Below, one piece after another: positions 12,797 to 25,867 of a DNA stretch of 64,000 bases; positions within the stretch are counted from its first letter, which is position 1, and each line of letters starts with the position of its first letter. A model generated the notes under the pieces. It ran no database searches and was not told where the DNA came from. It saw only the letters and a program-made list of their open reading frames with translations. The DNA is from Octopus vulgaris (Eukaryota): positions 7,068,001 through 7,132,000 of the forward strand of contig OX597830.1 of assembly GCA_951406725.2 (NCBI GenBank). Reading direction: 5' to 3'. Both the position numbers and the translations under genes were made by a program.

Positions 12797-13180
12797 ATTC
12801 AAATTTTGGCACAAGGCCAGCAATTTTGGAGGAGTGGTAAGTCGGTTACATCGACCCCAGTGCTTAACGGCTACTTATCTTTCCGACCCTGAAAGAATAA
12901 AATATTAAGTCGACGTCGGTGGACTTCGAACTCAGAACATAAGACTAAGCATTGTGCCCGCCTTGCTAACGCTTCTGCCAGCTCACCGCTCTCCTTCTAA
13001 TAATTGTTCCACATTTTAGCACGAGACCAGTAATTTTGAAGTGAGGATGTCAGTCGGTTGATTACAGCGACCTCTGTACTTGACTGGTACTTGTTTTATT
13101 GACCCCGGAATGGATAAAAAGTAAAGTCCACGGCGGCGGAACTTGAACTGAGAAAGTATTGATCGACGAAATGCCGTTAA
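12797..13180 (-). mobile_element. Two tandem SINE family B copies
   Basis: AAATTTTGGCACAAGGCCAGCAATTT...CGAACTCAGAAC...CTGCCAGCTCACCGC, followed by a second, degenerate copy. Confidence 0.8.
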
Positions 13181-13814
13181 GGGCAAAATGAATAATTTCT
13201 CATTTCTCTTTATTTTCTCACAACCAGCTTGAAACCATTATTTTACAAGTCCTACATCATCGTTTTCTAAGGTTGCATCATCCTTGGGAGTAAAAATTGG
13301 TCAGCATTGTTGTTGTTGTTGAAGTTAAGAGGGTCTGAGATATTGTCAGCTAACCGGAACATTTTCGTCAAGAAACTTTTCCTCAAACTTTGAACCCGAA
13401 TGTAATTGAGGTTGTTAACGATGTCTAAAGTGGATCAAAATGAGTGATGACTAATTTCAATAATGTCTTCACTGCAAGATGCGTGAAAACATCAGGTAAA
13501 GATCCTCTCCAGCAGAGTGGGAAGAAGCTATAGGAAATAGGTTGTGTTTAGTTTTTTCGATTTAGTCATGTTTCGTTAACTTAATATCATGTAAAGTTTG
13601 TCAATGATCCTCTTTCATTTGTCTAAAATGTTTCATTTTTGTTGCATTTCTGGTCTTTCTGATGCCAAAGGATGGATATTGATGCGTTTGAGTCAATGTT
13701 AAATGTCATTCTGGAGAATTGAAGACGCAAATTTAACATCTTTTGTCTCAAATATTTTTCCCGCCTAAAAATTATCTCTGTTCTCTTCGTGCATACAAAG
13801 GTAATGAGCATTTG

Positions 13815-13855
<41 letters not shown>

Positions 13856-13856
13856 C

Positions 13857-13968
<112 letters not shown>

Positions 13969-14105
13969 GCAAATTTGGGATATTTAATATCCCAAGTTTG
14001 TAATAATAATATATATAAAATATACTCATTAGTGTAAATTAGAAAGCTTCCTGATAACCTGGAATATTACCGAATATATTATAACTATATTATATATAAT
14101 TATAT

Positions 14106-14365
14106 ATATGCTCCAACACACGAACTCACATAAAGAATATATATATAGTTTTGGGATTTGGTTTGCAAGATTCTCTATGTGAATTCGTGTGTTGGAGCAT
14201 ATTCTGTTGTGTCTGGGGAGACTAATTCTCTTTTAGTGCCTTATTATTTAAACACACTCACAGGTAAAATTTCCACTCATTTACTTATTTATTTTTCTAA
14301 AATTTTTCGTTGAGTCTTGCAACCTTTTCAATAGTTGCTGAGAATGACTCTCCTCAGACACAACA

Positions 14366-14366
<1 letters not shown>
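14106..14366 (-). mobile_element. Short (TA)n-embedded element with a hammerhead-like motif and two inverted-repeat pairs (probable Penelope-like terminal repeat)
   Basis: The minus strand at 14333-14297 reads CTA-TTGAAAA-G-GTTG-CAAGACT-CAAC-GAAA-AATTT-TAG. Inverted repeats lie at 14106-14138/14170-14202 and 14204-14230/14340-14366. Confidence 0.65.
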
Positions 14367-14442
<76 letters not shown>

Positions 14443-14988
14443 CACACACACACAATTCATAGTTCAAAATCATAATTTAGAAATATAAATGTTCCCTTCT
14501 GTTTTCCCTATATCTTGATAAACTATATCTTCATAAACCCCATAAATATCCATTATCTTCCAATTAATTCGTCACAATCTATTCATTCTAGGGACAAATG
14601 ATTTCAGTTGAGGCCCAACATCACGGAAAAGTGTTCCCACTTTTATTTAATCGCGAAGAGAAAAGACATTAATCTCACCTATATTAATGACATTACGTTT
14701 ATATATATTTGTTATTAAGACGCGTCTAAGTATAACATATAAACGCTAAGAAACACACTAGATACGTAAATAATAGACTGGATAGATAGATATACGGTTA
14801 TATATGTCTGTGAATATATATATATGTATGTATGTATATGAGAAATTAAAATGACAAGGGAATAAGGAATTATCATGAATTACAGCAGTTTCCGCTGTAA
14901 TACACTCATAGTGGATTCCTTGTGTGTGTGTGTGCATGTGTGTGTGTGTGTGCATATATATATATTTATGTATATGTGCGTATGTATG

Positions 14989-15029
<41 letters not shown>

Positions 15030-15231
15030 TATGTGTGTGTATAATCTGTACTCGTTAGTCCGACAAGATGTATATTGCTTCGCCAATGGACTAAAGATTT
15101 TCCACTCTCAGACTTAACTTTGAGTACTTTATTTCTAAGTGGACAGGCATGGGTCCTTTTTGAACTTGTCACCCGTTGCAATAATACGTATATAGACATA
15201 CATATATACATACATACATATGATATATATA

Positions 15232-15343
<112 letters not shown>

Positions 15344-16589
15344 GCTATATATATATATGTATATATACTCACGCACAAACACATAGAGCAATACCCACAC
15401 TATTGTCTATGTGTGTTTGTGTGTGTGAGAGTGTGCGAATATGTATCCAGCTAGAGTGATGCATATACAGACACATAAGAACACTGACACACACAAACAC
15501 ACACACACACATACACGCATGCACACACAATCACTCATACACACATACACACATTGAAACCACGTCAATCGTTATTACTTCCGATCACTAATTCTAAGAT
15601 TTCCAAGAGTAAAGAGAGAGAGAGAAAAAAAACGCCAAAACAAAAGAAAAACGCGAAAATAATTTAAGGAAACAATAAAAACGAAAAAAGGGGATTGAAA
15701 ACCATTTTTTTTTTTTTTGCCTGGCGGCCATCTTAAATTCACATTTTTTTATTATTCTATTTATTCCTTCTTGCTTCCATTTATTTAACCGAGTCTGGTC
15801 GGGTCAGCACCGATACCCACCCACAACATATGTTCAACCCTCTATGATACCCCCCGGGGCTCGGTACTGGGACAAGTTTGGGGAGGGGTTGTCCCAATCG
15901 ACAATCTTTGTTCTCTTCACTTCACACTTCCTATATCACTCTCTCTTTCTCACTCTCTTTGGCTTTCTTTCCCTCCCACTCTCTCTTTCTCAATTTCTCT
16001 CTCACTTGCTTTATTTCCCTCAATATCTGTCTTTCAACCTTTGACTCTCTATCTTTATGTATGTATATATATATATATACATATATATTTTCCTTATTGG
16101 TTTTTCTCTCTTCCCTCATCTTTTCTCAACATCTCTCTCCTCTCTTTCTCTCTCTTTCTCTCTCTCTATCTATCTTTACATACACACATATATACACACA
16201 TACGCACACGCACCAATATGGAAAACTATAAAAACAATTGTATAATGGCGGAAGAGGGAGGGAATATGAAAAGGGGTTGAGCCTCACCACTTCTCTCACT
16301 CTCTCTCTCTCTTTCTCACTTACTCTCCTCTCCAACTCTTCCCCTTCATATATACACACACACATACATATTTACTTACATGCATACATACATATATGAA
16401 TGTGTGTGTGTGTGTGTGTGTGTGTGTGGTTTATTGTGTTTTCGCCATCACTTGCGAAATGACAACTATATCTAACAATATCATGGCCACAACAACAGCC
16501 ATTATCTCCTCTCTCTTAACAATCCCAACCGCCACAGACACCACAACTGCCGCAACCTCTACAACTAGAACACTAACATTTATATAATT

Positions 16590-17494
16590 CCTACCATCAT
16601 CACTGCAGCATCAATGACATCAACAACAACAATAATAACAACAGCAATCATCTTTGGTTTTACTAAATCGACGACCACTGGCAAACAACGTCACCGCTTT
16701 TACCAAATCCTGTAACGTTTACAGCCAATGGATTTCCATGCCATCATCAACGTCCTCATCATCCTCATCTTCAACATCATCATCATCTCTTCTCCTTCCC
16801 CTCCTTCTACTCGTCATCATCATCATCAGTATCATCATCATCATCATAATCATCATCACCGCCATCGTCATCGTCGTCATTATTATCGTCACGGCAGTCC
16901 ACTACTTCTGTAAATGCTAAAGCCACCATCATACCACTGTTACTAGTACCCATACTGCCATTTCCAGTTGCAAGACACAACCTCTCCTCCTCCTCCTCCT
17001 CCTCCTCCTCCTCCCATCACTCTGTCACTAACATCAACGCCACTCCAACTACCACCACCACCTCCAAATCTCAGCTACCTACCACCAATGGCTACCTTTA
17101 TTACTATATGTACAAATTAATCTTATACAACCAACACCACCACTACTACAACCACCACCGCCACCGCCACAAAATACCGCCAGTACCATCATTAATACAT
17201 TAGCACCATTTTTCTAATCAACTTTTCCTATCACTAGCTTACCTCTGCGCCTCAACCACCACCGCTGCCACCGCAACCACATGCACTAATCACTCCGCAC
17301 CGCCACTCTCCAACGCCCAGCCACCACCACCACCACCACCACCACCGAATCCCACAGAGGACATTACTGACGAAAATTATCGCCATTAAGGCCACCGTCA
17401 CCACTGTCCTCACTGACACCAACACCACCATCATCACTATCACCATCGTCATCATCACTACTATCATAATCATCACCATCACCACCATCACCAC

Positions 17495-17549
<55 letters not shown>

Positions 17550-17980
17550 GTCATCATCGTCATCATTGTCATCATCAGCATCGTCATCGTCGTCATCACC
17601 ATCATCATCATCATCACTATCAACAACAATAACAAGACCAATATCATCTTCATCATTATAATCATCACCATCGCCGCCGCCATCAGCATTAACGACATTA
17701 ACAATAACAACAATGTCAACAACGACGACAATTCTGGCAAAGATGGGAGTTTCCTCCCCCACCCCCAACCCACGACACGCCACCGCCACCAACACCAACA
17801 CCACCACCACCACCACCACCATCTCCAGCATCTCTGCAACTCCTAATCTTGGCAAAGACGATCAAAAGCCACTGTCACACTTCACCACTGTCGCAGCACA
17901 CTTCACACACACACACACCCAAACCACCACCACCACCGCCTCCACCGCCGCCACGACACCAACAGCGGCAACCTCAGCAG
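16590..17980. repeat. Degenerate (CAT/CAC/CAA)n low-complexity tract
   Basis: Long CAN-rich trinucleotide tract on the + strand. Confidence 0.9.
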
Positions 17981-18113
17981 AATTCCGCCCTCACTTCTGT
18001 CGTCAAATTGTCACTATTAATATGAAACTTTCTGTTTGTTGTGACGCATGAGGTTCATAGTTCTGATTAAATGGCGTTTTATTGAAGTGGTTGAATAATT
18101 TAGATGATGAGGG

Positions 18114-18131
18114 TAGATAGATAGATACATG

Positions 18132-18204
<73 letters not shown>

Positions 18205-18205
18205 G

Positions 18206-18288
<83 letters not shown>

Positions 18289-18298
18289 GTAGGCAGAC

Positions 18299-18383
<85 letters not shown>
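18114..18383. repeat. (AGAT)n microsatellite
   Basis: Directly visible. Confidence 0.95.
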
Positions 18384-18384
<1 letters not shown>

Positions 18385-18458
18385 GGAAATATACAGAGAT
18401 CTAAAAGGGGAGAAAACGAGAAATGGAGATTCAGATTCAGATATTTATAGAGAGACAG

Positions 18459-18555
<97 letters not shown>

Positions 18556-19036
18556 GTATGTATGTATATGTATATATATACGTAAGTAAATGAAAGTACG
18601 TACATGTGTGTGCGTGCATGTGTTGTGTGGGTGTGTGTCTATAAATATATCGATAGATAGATGCGTGTGCATGTGTGCGCGCACATGTGTGTGTGTGTGT
18701 ACCTGGATGTATCAATGAAGTGAAAGATAAGTCGACAGACGGGTAGATAGGTAAGAGATATTGTGCGTATGTGTGAGTATGTGTCCCAGCGTCAAGTAAA
18801 ACGAAAATAATCCAAACTGTACAAGAATTCTTCTAAAAACAAAACTCTTCTCCCAACATTCTCTCTCTCTCTTTCTCCCCCGCCTCGCTCTGTCTCCCTC
18901 TTTGAAATAGGTACCATGGTTAGGTGCAGCTCATTGTTCTCTATGTAAAATTGTCTAATATATTTTTTAGTTGTAACCTCTTATAACATTTACGCAAAGA
19001 AACATATGTTCCAACACTCACATATGTATATGTATG

Positions 19037-19081
<45 letters not shown>

Positions 19082-19650
19082 GTTCGATGATGACTCAGCT
19101 GGCCGAAACTTCGAAGTCCCTGTCAATACTATTGTTGTTGAAGTGCCGGATCAAATACCGCTTAGCATCCTGTCCTTCGTTCTTAGAATTCTAGCTATGC
19201 ACCTCACTGAATCGGTAAATTTTATGAGAGTAAAATAGAGTAAAAGATAGACCTGGCCTAGTTGAGATTTGAACCCAGACCAGACAATGTAGGATAGTAT
19301 AGTGCCAGAAGGCAACATGCCACTTGCTCCAACGACTCAGTTCGTCACTCCGTCATCCATTCTCACAGATCATAAAATATATTTTCATCTTCGCAGTTTT
19401 TATAATCTGTAATTCTGGTGTCTTACATTATTAACAGCAATAAAGGCTCATTTCGTTCTCAGTTCAAATCCTGTGAACGTGGCTTTCATTTTGGGTTTTG
19501 GTTCTCGTGTTTCTTGATTGAATGAAATCGATTACTCAGTTTCGATTGTGGAACTGGGTTTGATTCAATCAATCGGTTTAAGTTACTAACGTCACTTGAC
19601 AACGTTTCGTAACACATCTGCGTTTAAAAAACAACAAAAACAGAAACAAC

Positions 19651-19900
19651 TGGCTCTCCGTCGGTTGCGACGACGAGTGTTCCAGTTCATCTGATCAACG
19701 CAACACTCTGATCGGGTTTTAAGGTGTAAGTGGCTGAGCATTCCACAGACACACGTACCCTTAACGTGGCTCTTAAGGAGATTCAGCGTAACACGGAATT
19801 TGACAAGTTTGGCCTTTTGAAATACATGTACGACTCATTTTTGCCAGCTGAGTGGACTGGAGCAACGTTGAGTAAAGAGTCTTGCTCAAGGACACAACGT
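19651..19900 (-). mobile_element. SINE family C, truncated copy
   Basis: TGGCTCTCCGTCGGTTGCGACG...TTTTGCCAGCTGAGTGGACTGGAGCAACG...CTTGCTCAAGGACACAAC; colinear with 21591-21912. Confidence 0.85.
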
Positions 19901-20229
19901 GCTTTCACAGAAAAACAACAAAAAATATAACAACAAAGCAGCAGGATCAATAACAAGTACGAGAACATTGGTGTGGAAGAATGGGGAAGGAAAGAAAAAA
20001 ATTAGCCAAAAAATGGGAAAAACAAACGAGACTGAGGAACGTAAACAACGCAGTCAGTTATAACAACATCAACAACAATGTGATCATCAAAATCGACAAC
20101 AGCAACAGCAACAATAAACAACAACAACATCAGCAAAACAAAAAAGAAAAAAACTGAACAACGGCGACACGAAATGACAAACAACTGTCAAAATAATTTC
20201 TTGAAGAAACAATGACAAGAGTAGCGATG

Positions 20230-20282
20230 GTCATCATCATCGTTAACTTCATCATCATCATCATCACCATCAGCAGCAGCAG

Positions 20283-20321
<39 letters not shown>

Positions 20322-20515
20322 TATCATCATAATCCCCATCATCATCATCATCATCATGATCGTCGTCGTCGTCAACAACAATTAGAGCGACGCAAAGGAG
20401 TATACCTACAATTAGTAACTATGTTTTTGCCTCCCACCAGCCCCCCTCTGCCTTCTACCCTCCTTCGTATGCCGCTCCTCCTTCTCTCTCCAAGCTACTC
20501 CCACACAACACTCAC

Positions 20516-20591
<76 letters not shown>

Positions 20592-20596
20592 AATCC

Positions 20597-20636
<40 letters not shown>

Positions 20637-20673
20637 AATCATCATCATCATCATCATCATAATCATCATCATC

Positions 20674-20730
<57 letters not shown>

Positions 20731-21300
20731 GCCACCATCATCATCGCCATCATCATTGTTGGGAGCAACAGAAGTAACCCCTTGGCAACAACCAGCCCCG
20801 CCACCAATTCCACTAGCACTAAACACCAACATCAACGACAAAAACAACAACAACAACAACGATAGCAACCACAAAACCGACCAGGACCACGACAATAACA
20901 ACAGGAATAACAAAAAGAAATATTTTTTTTAAATATTAAGACGGAGAAACGAAGTAAAACGGAACGGAAAATTGAACAACAATATGGCGGCCAGTAGATG
21001 TTGACATCGGTGGCACCACTCCACTCCACCCCAGCACAGGCACCACTCCCGCCAGCACCACTAGCACCACCACTGCTGCCGCTACTACATCAACGGCCAC
21101 CACCAGCACCGTCTTCAGCTGTATTGCACCAATCAACGGCATCGCCATCACCACCATCTTCATCAACATCCACAATCATTTACAACCGTATTCATCATCA
21201 TCATCATCCTCATCATTACTGCTATCGACAGCACTTCTACAACAACAACAACAACAACAAAAACAACAACAAAAACAATAATAACTGCAACAATAACAAA
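20230..21300. repeat. (CAT)n/(CAA)n/(CAC)n low-complexity tract
   Basis: A nearly pure (CAT)n core at 20517-20755 with degenerate flanks. Confidence 0.9.
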
Positions 21301-21590
21301 ATACGATCTCCAACAAAGGAATCCCACCCCGGAATGTTTGTGATTAGGCATGTTGCTTTATATTTGCAATTAACTCCATCTCTAATCAAAGCCTTGCACA
21401 CTAACTACGCACGCACACACACACACATGCACACACACACACACACACACACACATTAAATGGCCACAAATACACACATAGTTGTAAAAGGCACGGGACT
21501 AAACGCGCGTATTTAAATAATCACAGTCATAAACACGACAAGAAACATACACATGAGCATGCGCACATTTTTAGGACTGACTGTAGTAAA

Positions 21591-21912
21591 TGGCACTCCG
21601 TCGGTTGCGACGCCGAGTGATCCAGCTGATGCGATCAGCGGAACAGCCCGCTCGTGATATCATCGTTCAAGTGGATGAGTAATCCACAGACACACGTAAC
21701 TTTAGCGTAGGTCTCTAGGAGATCCAGCGTGGCTCAGAATGTGACGATGCTGGCCTTCGGAAGGACAGGTGCAATTCATTTTTGCCAGCTGAGTGGACTG
21801 GAGCAACGTGAAATGAAGTGTCTTGCTCAAGGACTCAACGCTCCGCCTGGAATTGAACTCGCGACTTTATAAGTATGAAATAAATGCCCTAACCACTAAG
21901 CCACGCGATTTC
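21591..21912 (-). mobile_element. tRNA-derived SINE family C, near full length
   Basis: The minus-strand head CGCGTGGCTTAGTGGTTAGGGC...GAGTTCAATTCC (A/B boxes) is followed by GTCCTTGAGCAAGACACTT; the body is shared with 19651, 26484 and 42330. Confidence 0.88.
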
Positions 21913-21988
21913 TTAAACTGCAATAAACACACAAACACATACACACACATATACACAGACACACACACATGCATATATGTGTATACAT

Positions 21989-22031
<43 letters not shown>

Positions 22032-22099
22032 TATTTGGCATGTTGAGCCGTTACAATCTATAAGTTTTTTCATTCTCTCTGGTTAGTTTTTCCTTTTAC

Positions 22100-22170
<71 letters not shown>

Positions 22171-22177
<7 letters not shown>

Positions 22178-22322
22178 TTTTCTCATTCCCTTCTGTTGAA
22201 GAGCGTAGGCTCGAAACGTAAAATACTTTATCTTTTTTCATTTTCCCGAGCGTCAAACAAATACACTTGCTTGTTGTTCATACACTTATCTTCGCCTTTT
22301 GGTATTCTATAAATTTCAACTA
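22171..22322 (+). mobile_element. Short repeat with CTGTTGAAGAGCGTAGGCTCGAAACGTA motif (probable Penelope-like terminal repeat)
   Basis: The same element occurs in reverse at about 36820-36990 and 61365-61500, and abuts (CT)n/(TA)n tracts. Confidence 0.7.
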
Positions 22323-22431
22323 TGTACACACACTTACACACGCACACACACACACACTCACTCACTCACACATATATTTATATGCATAACTTTATATATG
22401 TACATATGTATACATGTTTGACTGTCTCCTT

Positions 22432-22506
<75 letters not shown>

Positions 22507-23033
22507 ATATATATTCATGTCTCTGTGTGTATGTGCCTGTTGTGTCGGCGCTGTTTGCCCGAACCGTTAAGTTCGTTTTGCAACCAAGACGGTGAAAGTT
22601 CGATCCCGCAGAGTAAGTCTTATTTTCTATAAGGTCGTAACAACGTGTAGATTATCAGTGAAATTTAATGGAGGGAAACTCCAAGGACCGTTCCAAGAAA
22701 AAAAATTCCCACGAAATCCGTCACAATAATCCAACCTGAGATTTCAGCTAAGATAGAATAGAGTACAATTTAATTGCAGAGATATATGGAATCGACCGAA
22801 TTCTTACCCACCACCACCACCCCCACGACAATAACAGATCATGTAATTCTATTACGGAATCAAAGATGGTTAAGCTTGGAATAACGAAAATGCGCGAAAC
22901 AATTGAGGACAGCTAAAATATTTCGTTTTAAAACTGAAATAATACCAAACTCTACGGAATTCAGTACGGTGGTCTCATGGCTACTTTACGCTTCACAAGG
23001 ACATCAAAACCACACAAGATGTTTGTGTTAGCG

Positions 23034-23072
<39 letters not shown>

Positions 23073-23158
23073 AGAATGCCACTTATATTTGAACACTATA
23101 CAAATATTCCTTTAAAAAAACTTGTCTTTTAATTTTTTAAAATTTAATTATTTAATCG

Positions 23159-23202
23159 TTACAGTTGAAAAGGTCTCAAAATGACCGAAACCGGTACTGA
23201 AA
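23159..23202 (+). ncRNA. Minimal type-I hammerhead ribozyme motif (C3U/G8A variant)
   Basis: TTACAG | TTGAAAA | GGTC-TCAAAAT-GACC | GAAA-CCGG-TA | CTGAAA. Stem I pairs at 5 of 6 positions, stem II is a perfect 4 bp, stem III is the palindrome ACCGGT, and the cleavage triplet is GUA. It lies in a ~180-bp unit flanked by (TA)n on both sides. Confidence 0.75.
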
Positions 23203-23247
23203 TGTTCTTTATAAAATTATTTTAGCATTTTCTATTTTGACTTGTTT

Positions 23248-23288
<41 letters not shown>

Positions 23289-23360
23289 CATAGATATACG
23301 TATATATATATGTGTGTATATATGTAGGTTTAATTCTGTGCGTATATATATGTATGTATA

Positions 23361-23407
<47 letters not shown>

Positions 23408-23411
<4 letters not shown>

Positions 23412-23570
23412 AGGAGTGGGTGTGTGGTAAGTATCTTAATTACCAACCACATGGTTCCGGGTTCAGTGCCATTGCGTGGCACCTTGAGCAAGTGCCTTCT
23501 ACTATACCCTCGGACTGACGAAAGCCTTGTGAGTAGATTTGGTAGATAGAAAATGAAAGATGCCCGTCGT
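23408..23570 (+). mobile_element. SINE family A, 5' half
   Basis: GCGCAGGAGTGGGTGTGTGGTAAG...GGTTCAGTGCC...CCCGTCGT. Confidence 0.88.
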
Positions 23571-23819
23571 ATATATACATTGTATATATAAATGTGTATG
23601 TAGATGTATATATGTACTGTTTTATATAGAAGTATATATATATAATAAACACACACATGTATATATGTATACGTATATTCCTGCAGAATTGACAAAGGTC
23701 GTTTGACTGGCTCTGGCAGATTAGCCAATAGGAATTCCTATATTGGAATTCTGGAACCAATATGAAAGCACAAAACAGTGGAATCGTAGTAGATTCCCAG
23801 TTTATATGTATGCCTAATT

Positions 23820-24012
23820 ATGTATGTATGTATGTATGTATGTATGTATGTATGTATGTATGTATGTATGTATGTATGTATGTATGTATGTATGTATGTA
23901 TGTATGTATGTATGTATGTATGTATGTATGTATGTATGTATGTATGTATGTATGTATGTATGTATGTATGTATGTATGTATGTATGTATGTATGTATGTA
24001 TGTATGTATGTA

Positions 24013-24103
<91 letters not shown>

Positions 24104-24232
24104 ATGTATGTATGTATGTATGTATGTATGTATGTATGTATGTATGTATGTATGTATGTATGTATGTATGTATGTATGTATGTATGTATGTATGTATGTA
24201 TGTATGTATGTATGTATGTATGTATGTATGTA
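23820..24232. repeat. Compound (TATG)n-(TG)n-(TATG)n microsatellite
   Basis: Directly visible; source of the longest ORFs in the track. Confidence 0.97.
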
Positions 24233-24555
24233 TTGTTTATATATGCATTGTTTGTTCCTTCTCGAACCATGCCTGGCTCAAATGGGGCCGTTTCCCGGTT
24301 TCCTTGGTGTATAAGTTCCCCACCTGGATGGGAAGCCGGTCCTTCGCAAGTGAGCTGCAAGAGTGAGAGAAAGTTTTGGCGAAAGAGTCAGAAATTCGCC
24401 ATTATCTTCTGCGCAGCAGCGTGGAGCTTAGATATTTCGCTCATAAACAGACACATCACCAGATCTGTGATTTGAACCCGTTATCCCTCGACGGCGAGCC
24501 CGCTGCTCTAACCACTTGGCCATGTGCCTTCACTAATTATATGCATAGATATGAA

Positions 24556-24586
<31 letters not shown>

Positions 24587-24616
24587 ATATGTATATATAT
24601 ATATATATATACACAC

Positions 24617-24670
<54 letters not shown>

Positions 24671-24815
24671 GTATTTATGTATGTATTTATGTATGTATAT
24701 ACGAATATATAGAAGTATGTGTGTATATGTGTGTGCGTGTGCATGTCTATATATATAATGTATACAAGTAAAGAACTACATATGTCTATATGTAACACTC
24801 TCTCACACACACGCA

Positions 24816-24846
<31 letters not shown>

Positions 24847-25343
24847 GCACATATATATATATATATATACGTATACGCATACATATAAGTATGTGAGTGT
24901 GTGGGGGGAGGTTTCTGTGTGTGTGCTCACACGTACACGCACGTAGGAAACCTGCACAGTCCCTAAACCTCACGGCCCACTCTCCAACCCGCACACCAAT
25001 CCTTAATGAAAAAAAAGAGGTCACATGGTACATGACATTTTTTTCGGGAAGTTGATAGATTCAGTGAAGCATAGAGGTTGTCTAAATGTTTTGTGTATGT
25101 CCCTGTGTTATATGTGTATAGATTAGTTATGTGTGTATGCGTGTGTGTGTATACGTGTGTGCGTGTGTGTGTGTGCGTGTGTGTGTGGAGTCTTGGGTGA
25201 ATATGTTTTGTATAGATTGGCAAATCTTTCTAGTTGTTAACATGTAATTAAATTTGGATTCCCTGGTGTTAGATGAGGGCGTGACTGTCTGTAAGTGCTT
25301 ATATGGGCCATTGTGGGAGACCGCGTATCCCGTATATATATAC

Positions 25344-25383
<40 letters not shown>

Positions 25384-25384
25384 T

Positions 25385-25462
<78 letters not shown>

Positions 25463-25463
25463 G

Positions 25464-25559
<96 letters not shown>

Positions 25560-25594
25560 ATGTATGTATGAATATGTATATATGTATATATGTA

Positions 25595-25666
25595 GAAATA
25601 GGGTATTACTCTGCATTTGGTATTCGAGTACTGTTTTCCATCTTGTTTAGCACCGATGCGCTTACT

Positions 25667-25715
<49 letters not shown>

Positions 25716-25745
25716 ATGCATATGTATATATAAATATGTGTGTGC

Positions 25746-25794
<49 letters not shown>

Positions 25795-25867
25795 AGTAAA
25801 GCGCATCGGTGCTAAACAAGATGGAAAACAGTACTCGAATACCAAATGCAGAGTAATACCCTATTTC
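25595..25867. repeat. ~75-bp inverted repeat enclosing (TA)n
   Basis: GAAATAGGGTATTACTCTGC...GCGCTTACTTGT (25595-25669) versus ACAAGTAAAGCGC...GTAATACCCTATTTC (25792-25867), differing by one indel. The arm sequence is related to 57078-57155. Confidence 0.93.

Noticed and set aside
13229-13246. Minus-strand GTAAAATAATGGTTTCAA (VK*WFQ) as a possible Dll exon 3
   Set aside because: It has an in-frame stop, continues AGCEK rather than NRRSK, and has no acceptor AG; a chance match.
13185-13800. Possible DNA transposase relic
   Set aside because: The sequence looks complex, but I could not recognise a diagnostic motif or TIRs; it needs a BLASTX/RepeatMasker search.
20998-21459. 153-aa Pro/His/Asn-rich plus-strand ORF
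   Set aside because: It is built from CAN trinucleotide repeats and runs into (CA)n; it has a non-ATG start and no domain.
23721-23765. Minus-strand YWFQN as a possible Dll exon 3
   Set aside because: It reads LSYWFQNSNIGIPIG*, lacking VKI before and RRSK after, with no AG acceptor in the right place.
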